The notes under the pieces were generated by a model. That model was not told the origin of the DNA, made no database searches, and worked only from the letters and a program-made list of their open reading frames with translations. 64,000 bases of DNA, taken from Nitrosopumilaceae archaeon (GTDB lineage Archaea > Thermoproteota > Nitrososphaeria > Nitrososphaerales > Nitrosopumilaceae). The stretch covers positions 736,001 through 800,000 of the forward strand of contig CBDBCR010000003.1 of assembly GCA_965203465.1 (NCBI GenBank). The letters are read 5' to 3'. This document shows positions 37,080-45,672 of this stretch, piece after piece. Made by a program: the position numbers and the translations under genes. Each line of letters opens with the position of its first letter. Position 1 is the first letter of the stretch.

Positions 37080-39896
37080 CTGACCACCAGCGAGCCGACG
37101 GCCAACGCGGCCCTGGCCGAGGTGCTCGACGGCCTGCGCCGGAACTGGTCGGTGAAGGGCGAGCAGATGGGGGGAGTCCTCCGGGGAGGCAAAAGGCCCG
37201 ATCTAATCGCGCTTGAGCAAGGCCGTTCTCCGATCTTAGTCGAAGTTGAATTCTCACCCGCGGCAACGCTGGAAAAAGACGCGCTCGCGCGCCTGCACAC
37301 CGTCACCAAGGACGGCCAAGAGGTGGCGGCCGTCGTGTCGGTCCGGCTTCCGGCACGGCTCAGAAAAGTCGGCGGCGAAAAACTCAGGAAAGAACTGCGC
37401 GCGGCGGCGGATCTGGAATACGCCGTGTACCAGCCCGGACGGTTCCCGAAAACCGGGTACGTCAAGGGCGGCGTCACAGACATCGCGCAAATTATCCAAA
37501 ATGTGTCGCTGCCCGCCGAAATAATCGGCGAATGGGTGAAAGAGATGAGTGGTGCGATAGAGAGCATCGCCAAACTGCTCGCCGGAAGCGGTAGGGACAC
37601 CAAGAAGAAGATAGCCGATCTTCTGTCGCTGAACGAAGGCAGACAGACCTGGCGCATGGCCGGGCTGATACTGTCCAACGCATTCGTGTTCCACAGCCAC
37701 ATAGCGGGCGAGCGCGGCATAAAGACTCTCCAAGAATTGATCGTCTTGGACACGGTGCCCACGGCCAGCTTGGTGGCCGAGTGGGGCAGGATACTCAAGA
37801 TCAACTACTACGCCATATTCGACGTGGCGCGCAGCATCATCACGTACGTGAAAGACGCGGACGCGGAGGACATCATACGGGTGCTGCTGGACACGACCGG
37901 CAAGATCAACGCGCGCGGCCTGTCCACGTCGACGGACATGTACGGCACGCTTATCCAAAAAATGATCGAGGACCGCAAGACGCTCGCCTCGTTCTACACC
38001 CTCCCAGAATCGGCCGCGCTACTGGCCGGCCTGGCCGTCCCGCCAGCAGGCTCCGACGTCTATTCCTCGCCCGAATCCATGAAAGAGTTCAGGTTCGGAG
38101 ACTTTGCGTGCGGGACGGGCGCGCTGCTGACCACGGCCTACAAGGTGCTGATCGCCAACTACGAGGCGGCCGGCAACGATATGCGGAAGATACACGATTC
38201 CATGATGGGTGGGGCCATATTCGGGTTCGACGTGCTGCCCAGCGCCGTCCACCTGACCGTATCGTCGCTGGCCGAGATATTCCCAAAAAAACTGTTCACG
38301 GAGACCAAGGTCGGGAAGCTCTTGTACGGAAGGCGCGACTCCGAGTTGCGTCTGGGTTCGCTGGATCTGATCTCCAAACAGAGCACTCTGGGTGGGGGAG
38401 GCGACTACGTGACCGGTACGGCATCGGACACGTTCTTCAGCCCGACCGTACCGGACGGCTATTTCTCGCTCGTCTTGATGAACCCGCCGTTCACGAGGAA
38501 CGCCAAAGGAGGGGCAGATCGTCACGCAATGTTCGCGTCGTTCGGCACGGACAGGGACGATCAGAGGAAAATGGCGGCAATGGAAAAGAAGCTGTTCAAA
38601 ACCACGTGCGCGCACGGCAACGCCGGAGCCGCGTCCAACTTCGTGGCCATCGCCGACAAGAAACTCAAGCCGGGCGGCGTGTTGGGCTTGGTGCTGCCGT
38701 CCACGATAGCGTGGGGTTCGTCGTGGAAGGCATGCAGGGATCTGCTGAAGGACGGCTACGAGGATCTGACGGTGGTCAGCATCGCCGCGTCCGACATATC
38801 CACCATGGCGTTTTCATACGATACGGACATGGGCGAGGTTCTGGTGGTGGCACGCAAACGCGAGCGTCCGGCCGACGGGCCTCCGCGCGGCCGGTTCGCA
38901 TCGTTGCGCAGGCGCCCGGAATCCGTGCTCAACTCAATCGAATTATGCAAGGACATACTCAACTCGAAACCGAACAGGCTCGACGGCGACAATTACGGAG
39001 GCACGCCGCTCAAGGCGGGCCGAGACGTACACGGAAGCGTGCTGGACTGCCCGCTTGACGATGAATGGTGGTGGCCAGTGGCCGTGCGGGATCAAAACCT
39101 GATCCAGTTCATGTACCGCCTGTACCGCGGACAGTTCGCGCTTCCGAATCCGTTGTGCGGATCCGGTTCGATTCCCATGACTAGGGCGGGAGCCAACTTC
39201 GGCTTGGTGGGAAGGGACATAGCGGACGGCAAAGACGACTGCAAACGCGCCCCCTTCACGAGTCATCCGTACGACACGGGCGCGGTATACCCCGTCTTGA
39301 TGAACAACGATTCAGACAAACAGACACACATGATGGTCAAGCCCGACTGCATGGCAATCCCGAAAACATGCGCCAAAAAAGAAGACGTGGTGAGGGTGGC
39401 CGCGGACGCCACGCGCCTGCATGTCAATAGCACGTGCAGATACACCAGCCAGCGCGTGTTGTTCCCGTATACGGCAAAACCCACGCTTGGTTCGTCCGTA
39501 TTCCCGTCATTCAACACAGCGCCGGAGCACGAGAAGGCCATGGCGGTCTGGGGCAACAGCACGCTTGGAATACTCTGTTTCTGGACGCATGCAGGCAAAC
39601 AGCAACTGGGCCGCGGAAGGGCCAGCAGAACGTCTATGGAAAACATGGCCGTGTTGAACGCGCCAAAACTGAAAAAAACAGCCTTGGCCAAACTCGACAG
39701 GATATTCGACAAATACTGCAAAAAGGAATTTCTGCCAATGAACCTTTGCTACAGGGACGAAAACAGGATGGCCATGGACGCCGAGATGCTCGCGGCCCTG
39801 GGCATCGACGAGCCCATAGACGATCTGCGGGTACGGTTCTGCCGCGAGCCGCTGGTGCGGAGCGGCCGGGAGGATCCGGAGCTGGACGCGCTGTAG
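37080..39896 (+). CDS. Type IIG-like fused REase-N6 MTase, cargo of transposon C
   Basis: RPDL..ILVEVEF nuclease-like N-terminus, LASFYT, DFACGTGALL, LMNPPF. Start is CTG 37080 or GTG 37122. Confidence 0.88.
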   Translation: MTTSEPTANAALAEVLDGLRRNWSVKGEQMGGVLRGGKRPDLIALEQGRSPILVEVEFSPAATLEKDALARLHTVTKDGQEVAAVVSVRLPARLRKVGGEKLRKELRAAADLEYAVYQPGRFPKTGYVKGGVTDIAQIIQNVSLPAEIIGEWVKEMSGAIESIAKLLAGSGRDTKKKIADLLSLNEGRQTWRMAGLILSNAFVFHSHIAGERGIKTLQELIVLDTVPTASLVAEWGRILKINYYAIFDVARSIITYVKDADAEDIIRVLLDTTGKINARGLSTSTDMYGTLIQKMIEDRKTLASFYTLPESAALLAGLAVPPAGSDVYSSPESMKEFRFGDFACGTGALLTTAYKVLIANYEAAGNDMRKIHDSMMGGAIFGFDVLPSAVHLTVSSLAEIFPKKLFTETKVGKLLYGRRDSELRLGSLDLISKQSTLGGGGDYVTGTASDTFFSPTVPDGYFSLVLMNPPFTRNAKGGADRHAMFASFGTDRDDQRKMAAMEKKLFKTTCAHGNAGAASNFVAIADKKLKPGGVLGLVLPSTIAWGSSWKACRDLLKDGYEDLTVVSIAASDISTMAFSYDTDMGEVLVVARKRERPADGPPRGRFASLRRRPESVLNSIELCKDILNSKPNRLDGDNYGGTPLKAGRDVHGSVLDCPLDDEWWWPVAVRDQNLIQFMYRLYRGQFALPNPLCGSGSIPMTRAGANFGLVGRDIADGKDDCKRAPFTSHPYDTGAVYPVLMNNDSDKQTHMMVKPDCMAIPKTCAKKEDVVRVAADATRLHVNSTCRYTSQRVLFPYTAKPTLGSSVFPSFNTAPEHEKAMAVWGNSTLGILCFWTHAGKQQLGRGRASRTSMENMAVLNAPKLKKTALAKLDRIFDKYCKKEFLPMNLCYRDENRMAMDAEMLAALGIDEPIDDLRVRFCREPLVRSGREDPELDAL

Positions 39897-40063
39897 GATG
39901 CCGGTCACGGGTCTCGCTGATTACACAGAACCACACGTCGATATCCGAATCGGTTACCCTGCAGTAGGCCGGCCTTTCCCCGCCTCCGGCCGCGCGCAGA
40001 ATCCGGGCGGCCAACGCCCCAAGCGGCTCGCCGGGCGCGCCGACCCCGGGCGTCCCGCGCGGC

Positions 40064-40770
40064 TCAGGCCTCCGGCCACCTGCGCCGGTAGCGCGTCACG
40101 TCCAGGCCGCCCAGCGTTATCTTGCCCCCCACACGAACGAGGCTCGGTACTTGCGGCTCATCCTCGCTATGCGGCCCGACTCCACGTGCTTTTGGACCTC
40201 CGAGTGCGGCATCACCAGAAAGTCGTTGCAGGCGCCGGAACGCACGACGAACGCATAGTACGCGCCCGGGAGGCCGAACTTTTCGTGCGCGCCGGGCGGG
40301 ATGAAAAACGAGCACTTGTCGCGCACCGGCACGGACGTCTTCACCTGGAAAAGGAAGCGCCTGCCCCCCTTTGCAGCGAAGACGTCAGTTTCCGCGTCGA
40401 CGGCGGCCACGCGGGCGTCGAACCCGTAAAAGAGCAGCTCGCTGGCCACCGAATGCTCGCCGGCCCTGCCGTTGAAGAGGATCCGGCCGGGCGCGTTGGA
40501 CGTCGGCCTTCCCGCGCAGCCGCGCGCGCCCGGAGGTCCCTGCTGGTCGAGCCCGAACCGCTCGCCGCGCCGGACGAATTCAGAGTCCGGGCCGCGCCGC
40601 CGCATGTCGCCCGAAAGGACCGCCTTCATGATCCGTTCCGGCGCCCGCGTCGTTTGGCCCGGATCCAAGAGCCCGCGCTGCACCGCCTTTTTGACGATCT
40701 CGGCAGCCGTAAGCAGCCTGTACCCGTCCGACAGCACCTCGATCGCCGATTTCCTGAAGGGCTGCGCCAC
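40064..40770 (-). pseudogene. HARE-HTH + PD-(D/E)XK paralogue 2, frameshifted near the 3' end at a G6 run
   Basis: High similarity to 4111-4878. G7 at 40125-40130 would restore ..KITLGGLDVTRYRRRWPEA. TATA box degenerate. Confidence 0.8.
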
Positions 40771-41003
40771 GGCGCGGCCGCGGGCACCCGGCATTCAAGT
40801 CGCCCCCGGAGCCTGGCGCAGCCCCAGCAGCGGCGCGCGGCAGGGCGCCTGCGGTCTCGACGATCCGCGGCAGGCAGGCGCGGCGGCCCCGCCTCCGGAA
40901 TGCGCGGGGCAGCGTCGATCAGCCCGCCGCCCTTCCGGGAAGTTTGGCCACGCAAAGCCGCAGATCAAGCATGTTTAAAAAACGGGGCGCGCGGACGCTC
41001 CGC

Positions 41004-41486
41004 ATGGGGGTATCCCGGGTGTATCTCGATACGTATTACCTGCTGGAGATAGTGCTCAAGGGCCACAAGAAGCACGACGCAGAGAAGATCTTGTACAAGG
41101 CCAGCAAGGGCAGTTTCGAGATAGTCGTCCCCCAGATCGTCCTGGGCGAGGCGGTCTCCAAGATACTGAAGCGCGGCAGGGACGCGCGGCCCCTGATGGA
41201 CCGGCTCGTAGGCACGATCGAAAAGTACGGGATCGACGTAGACAGATGCCTGGTTCCGGTGGCCAAGAGCGCGTTCGAGATCATGGAGGAGGTGCGCGGC
41301 AGGGATCAGCGACTCGACGGCACGGACATCGCTATATTGGCCCACGCGCTGGCCGATCCCGACGCAAAGGTCTTCCTCACGATAGACTGCGACATGACGG
41401 ACAATCCGGCTATCGGCGAATACGAAAGGAAACTGAGAAGCGAGGGGCGGCGGAACGTAAAGCTGAATATCACCGATCGCATTTGA
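41004..41486 (+). CDS. PIN-domain protein
   Basis: VYLDT, PQIVLGEA, LDGTDIAILAHA, FLTID. Confidence 0.85.
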   Translation: MGVSRVYLDTYYLLEIVLKGHKKHDAEKILYKASKGSFEIVVPQIVLGEAVSKILKRGRDARPLMDRLVGTIEKYGIDVDRCLVPVAKSAFEIMEEVRGRDQRLDGTDIAILAHALADPDAKVFLTIDCDMTDNPAIGEYERKLRSEGRRNVKLNITDRI

Positions 41487-41958
41487 TCATGTCCGCGCTC
41501 TCCAGACCGCGCAGCGTCTCCTCTATGAACCCGCGCGTGAACCCGACCTTGGTGTCCTCCGTGTTTTGGAGCAGGATGTCCCTTTCCGGTATGCGCTTCC
41601 TCTTGGAGAGCAGCGTGGCGGCTATCTCCAGCCAGTCGTTGTTCCTGTTGCGGACAAAGTCGAGGAACTGCCCGCTCCTGAACTGTTGCGGAAGCTCGGG
41701 CCGGGCTTTGCTGTATTGCTCCGGGTTTTCCGCCAGGCCGTAGTAGTCTTCCGTCAGGGTCCCCGAATACGGCCCGTACAGGTACATGCCGTGCCTGTAG
41801 GGAACGTCCAGCCCAAAGTACTTTGCCAGGAACACGTACTTTTGGATCCTGAACCGGTTCCAGAAATGGCGGTCTTCCCCGCCCAGTATGTCGAATTCGA
41901 CCAGGTTCTCGCTCTCCAAGTACTTTATGAACCCGGGCAGCACCGGCGCGCCTTCCAC
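41470..41958 (-). CDS. YwgA/Panacea-like winged-helix protein
   Basis: RFRIQKYVFLAK..Y.YGPYS..L..LEIAATL; TATA-like TTTAA ~25 bp upstream of GTG 41958. Confidence 0.72.
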   Translation of the reverse strand: MEGAPVLPGFIKYLESENLVEFDILGGEDRHFWNRFRIQKYVFLAKYFGLDVPYRHGMYLYGPYSGTLTEDYYGLAENPEQYSKARPELPQQFRSGQFLDFVRNRNNDWLEIAATLLSKRKRIPERDILLQNTEDTKVGFTRGFIEETLRGLESADMIKCDR

Positions 41959-42143
41959 GGGCCGCCGTCCGCGCCGGCGCGTTAAATTTCTTTCCTGCGC
42001 GGGCAGGCGCGGCCCCGCCGCCGGATTGGCGGCGCGCCGGCCCGGCGGCGCGTCCCGGACGGCCGGCCCGGCCGTGGCCGCGTTGCCCAGCACGCCCCTT
42101 TTCCGCCCCGGGCGCCGCGGCGTCCGAACAGGGCAGGGCTTTG

Positions 42144-42824
42144 TCAGGCCCGCGGCCACCTGCGCCGGTAGCGCGTCACGTCCAGGCCGCCCAGCGTTAT
42201 CCTCTTTCCCCAGACGAGATCGGCGCGGTACTTGCGGCCCAGTTTTTCGATGCGGCCCGACCTGACGTGCCTTTGGATCTCGCGGTACGGCATCACCAGA
42301 AAGTCGCTGCCTGCATCCGAGCGCATCACGAACGCATAGTAGGCGCCGGGGCGGCGCAGCTTTTCGTGCGCGCCGGCCGGTATGAAGAACGAGCACCGGT
42401 TTCGCACCGGCGCCGACGTCTTCACCTGGAAAAGGAAGCGCCTGCCGCCCTTTTCGGCGACGATGTCCGCCCCGCCGTCCCCGGCCGCGCGCGCCTCGAA
42501 CCCGCGAAAGAGCAGCTCGGCGGCCACCGAATGCTCGCCGGCCATGCCGTTGAGCAGCGCCCGCCCCGGGTCGGCGCCGGTCGGGCCGGGCCGCAGCAGC
42601 GGGTTGAGCCCGAAAAGGCCGCCGCGCCGCGCGAACCGCGAGCCGGCGCCGAGCCGCCGTATGTCGCAGGAGAGCACCGCGCTCATGGTCCGTTCCGGCG
42701 CCCGCGCCGTTCTCGGATCCAAGAGCTTTCGCCGCGCGGCCTTTTCGACTATCGCGCCGGCAGAGAGGGGCCTGCGCTCGTCGGACAGCACCTCGAACGC
42801 CGAGCTCTTGAAGGGCTGCGCCAC
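42144..42824 (-). CDS. HARE-HTH + PD-(D/E)XK paralogue 3
   Basis: High similarity to 4111-4878; intact; TTAAATAC upstream. Confidence 0.8.
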   Translation of the reverse strand: MAQPFKSSAFEVLSDERRPLSAGAIVEKAARRKLLDPRTARAPERTMSAVLSCDIRRLGAGSRFARRGGLFGLNPLLRPGPTGADPGRALLNGMAGEHSVAAELLFRGFEARAAGDGGADIVAEKGGRRFLFQVKTSAPVRNRCSFFIPAGAHEKLRRPGAYYAFVMRSDAGSDFLVMPYREIQRHVRSGRIEKLGRKYRADLVWGKRITLGGLDVTRYRRRWPRA

Positions 42825-42957
42825 GGCGCGGCCGCGGGCCCACCCGTATTTAACGCGCACCGGGGGCCGGCCCGCGTGTACGGGCGCGCGCTGCCGGGAC
42901 GCCGCGCGGAACCCGCGCGCAAGCAATGATTATTAACTCAGGCGCGACGGCCCCGGC

Positions 42958-44217
42958 GTGGCGGGTCCGTTCATCAAGCGCATAAGGGTGCAAAACTTCA
43001 AGAGCTTCGCAGACGCGGATCTGGAACTGGGCAGGTTCAACGTCATCGTCGGCGCCAACGCGGCCGGCAAGTCGAACTTGGTGCAGATCTTTAGGTTCCT
43101 GCGCGACATCCGGCGGGACGGGCTGGACAACGCCGTCTCCATGCAGGGCGGCCCGCAATACATACACAACCTGAGACTGGGCGACAACAGCACGTCGATC
43201 GAACTGGAGACCGCGCTGTCAAAGGGATTTCGCATCCCGGTCCCGACCAAGCACAAGGCATACAGCACGGGGGGGAAATGGCGCCTCGAATTCAAGACGG
43301 AGGGGCAAAAGATCGAGATAGTGGAGGATTCGTGCACGTTCCGCGTCTCCGACTGCGCCGAGCGGGATTTGGGCGACTTTGTGGGCGGCGCGGACGGGCA
43401 GCAGGCGGACGATCAAAAGAGCGGGCGCCGCGAAGGAAGCGTCAAAGTAACGCGCAACGGCGGCCTGTGCTTTGACGTGGATTTTGACGCGGATCTCAGA
43501 GAGGCGCTTGACAACTATACGACCAAATCGCACGCCAGAAAAAACGAGCTGCTCGTAGAATCCGGGCTTTTGGGCCACCTCTTTCCGCGGATCTTTTACT
43601 TTGAGGACATCGGCACGTACGACTTCGACTCCAAACGCGCCGGTGGATCCGTCCCGGTGAAGGGAACGCCGGAGCTGGAAGACGACGGCTCCAACCTGGC
43701 CGTGGTGCTAAAGGACATACTTTCAAACGACGCCGGCAGAAAGTCTCTGCACGCCGTAGCCTCCGACCTGCTGCCGTTTGTAAAGTCCATCGGCGTCAAG
43801 GATCTGGTGAAATCGGTCATGTTTACCCTCACCGAAGAACGCATCGAAAAGACGCCCCTGCCGTCCCCCCTGCTCTCCGACGGAACCGTCAACGCGGTGG
43901 CCCTGATCGTCGCGCTGTATTTCGAGGAGATGCCGGTAGTGGTGATAGAAGAGCCCGAAAAGAGCATGCACCCCTCCCTGATGGCCAGGACGGTGGATAT
44001 GATGAAGGACGCCTCCAGAAACAGCCAGATCATAGTGACCACGCACAGCCCGGAGCTGGTCCGTTACGCAGGACTGGACAGCCTGTACTCGATCAAGAGG
44101 GGAGAGGACGGGTCTTCAGAGGTCAGCCGCCCGTCGACGAACAAAGAGATCAAAAAGTTCCTGGAAAACGACATGGGCATAGAGGAGATGCATGTGCAGA
44201 ACATGTTCGACTGGTAA
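42958..44217 (+). CDS. ABC/AAA_21-type ATPase, copy 2
   Basis: QNFKSF, GANAAGKSN, LSDGT, IEEPE, VTTHSP. Confidence 0.92.
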   Translation: MAGPFIKRIRVQNFKSFADADLELGRFNVIVGANAAGKSNLVQIFRFLRDIRRDGLDNAVSMQGGPQYIHNLRLGDNSTSIELETALSKGFRIPVPTKHKAYSTGGKWRLEFKTEGQKIEIVEDSCTFRVSDCAERDLGDFVGGADGQQADDQKSGRREGSVKVTRNGGLCFDVDFDADLREALDNYTTKSHARKNELLVESGLLGHLFPRIFYFEDIGTYDFDSKRAGGSVPVKGTPELEDDGSNLAVVLKDILSNDAGRKSLHAVASDLLPFVKSIGVKDLVKSVMFTLTEERIEKTPLPSPLLSDGTVNAVALIVALYFEEMPVVVIEEPEKSMHPSLMARTVDMMKDASRNSQIIVTTHSPELVRYAGLDSLYSIKRGEDGSSEVSRPSTNKEIKKFLENDMGIEEMHVQNMFDW

Positions 44218-44766
44218 ATGGCCACCGTACACGTGCTTCTGGAAGGCCCCGACGACGAGAAGTTTTTCCTCTCCGTGCTGCGCCCGGAGCTTGCCAAGAC
44301 GTACAGCACGATCAGGACGTACCTGTACGCCCAGAGATCCAAGAAAGATGTGGAAAAGTACGTCAGGGCGCTGCACGGCTCAAAAGAGGACTATGTCGTG
44401 CTTGCTGACTTTGATGTGGGAGGCACCTGCTATGGCGGAATAAAACTCGCGCTGCGTAAAAAAATGCGGCGTGCGGATCCAGGCAGAATCGCGGTAGTAA
44501 GGACGGAGATCGAGAGCTGGTATCTTGCAGGCGTTGGCCGGGCCGAATGCGGGCGCCTCCGGATCCCGTACCGCCCGAACACGGAGCCCGTGTCCAAAGA
44601 GGAGTTCGAGCAGATGCGCGGGAGGGCCGAGCCGATGCCGCGGGCCGAATTCATGTCGAGAATGCTAGCCGTGTTCGACGCAGAAACGGCCAAGAGGCAG
44701 AACGCGTCGTTCGGGTACGTGTGGGGCAGGTTCGTCTCCAAGGCTCCCCGATCTCACCCGCGCTGA
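44218..44766 (+). CDS. TOPRIM-like partner protein, copy 2
   Basis: VLLEGPDD, LADFD, EIESWYLAG; paralogue of 33430-33957. Confidence 0.72.
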   Translation: MATVHVLLEGPDDEKFFLSVLRPELAKTYSTIRTYLYAQRSKKDVEKYVRALHGSKEDYVVLADFDVGGTCYGGIKLALRKKMRRADPGRIAVVRTEIESWYLAGVGRAECGRLRIPYRPNTEPVSKEEFEQMRGRAEPMPRAEFMSRMLAVFDAETAKRQNASFGYVWGRFVSKAPRSHPR

Positions 44767-45235
44767 CAACTGCCGGCGATCCGCGCATGCCCGCCGGCGG
44801 CCGCGGCAGTGCAGCGAAGGCGGGCGCCCCGCGGGGGTTTAGAATTGGAGACGGGCTTGCGGCAATCCGGAGGGCGGCGCGCGATTTGCGCCTGCCAGGA
44901 TCTGCCCGGGCCAACCGGGGACGGATCTTCCCCCCGATCCCAGGCACGAGGTCGTGCGCGGCAGGGCACGGGCGGCCGCGGCAAAAGGCGGGCCGGCAGG
45001 CGCAAACCGCGCGCCGCCTCGGAAAATAACCCGACGTCTTGTCGGATCGGCCGGTATTCGGATCCGGCCGGGCAGGTTGCATGGTATTCCCGCCGATGCG
45101 GCGTCGCCGCGCGCGGCCGAGTCTGGCGGCGTCTCCGGCGTGCAGGCCCGCCTAGGTTTCCAAGGGCCGCTCCGGCGAACCGCCGGGCAGGCTCTCGGGG
45201 CGTGCGGGCTTCGGCCGGGCGCCGCGTTTTCGCCG

Positions 45236-45562
45236 TCAGTCGCGCGGCCGCCGCTTTTCCGCGCCCCCCAGCGGCACGCGCCGCACCTCGCCGCACAGCA
45301 GGCACGTGGTCCGCACCGCCCGTATGCCCGAGCGGCCCACCCTGACGCGGGCCGAGACGCCCGGCACCGAGAGGCTCTTGCACCTGCGGCAGCGCAGGGC
45401 CCGCGCGGAGCGCGGCATGCGCGCGCGCCGCCCCGAAGATATCCTGCGCGCAAGATCCATCTCGTTGCGCGCGAGGCGCGGATCCGACGAGGCGTGGCGC
45501 GCGGCCGACGCGGCCAGCCTCCCTATGCGCTCCAGCGCCTCCCGGCGCTCCCTTGGCCTCAA
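45236..45562 (-). CDS. rnp4: RNase P protein subunit Rpp21 (Rpr2 family)
   Basis: ERI..L..A..LARRIS..CRRCK..PG..RVR..TCLLCG..RR.P zinc ribbon. Confidence 0.88.
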   Translation of the reverse strand: MRPRERREALERIGRLAASAARHASSDPRLARNEMDLARRISSGRRARMPRSARALRCRRCKSLSVPGVSARVRVGRSGIRAVRTTCLLCGEVRRVPLGGAEKRRPRD

Positions 45563-45592
45563 CGGCCCCTCCCGCGGGGGGCCCTACAAATA

Positions 45593-45666
45593 TGCAGCCA
45601 GCGGGATTCGGACCCGCGTCGCAGGGTTGGAAACCCCGTATACTCACCAGGCTATACGATGGCTGC
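45593..45666 (-). tRNA. tRNA-Gly(TCC)
   Basis: Cloverleaf GCAGCCA..TGGCTGC-A; anticodon arm CGGGG-TTTCCAA-CCCTG; T-loop variant TCCGAAT. Confidence 0.9.
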
Positions 45667-45672
45667 GCGCGC

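Larger units (their letters stand above)
35561..39932. mobile_element. IS6-like cargo transposon C (4372 bp), intact: transposase, AbrB-like gene, type IIG-like R-M enzyme
   Basis: Perfect 25-bp TIRs GGTTCTGTGTAATCAGCGAGACCCG (35561-35585 and 39908-39932). 8-bp TSD ACACGTCG (35553-35560 and 39933-39940). Confidence 0.97.

Noticed and set aside
45593-45666. tRNA-Gly as the island's integration site
   Set aside because: rpp21 lies between the tRNA and the island, and I saw neither a duplicated tRNA 3' end nor an integrase.
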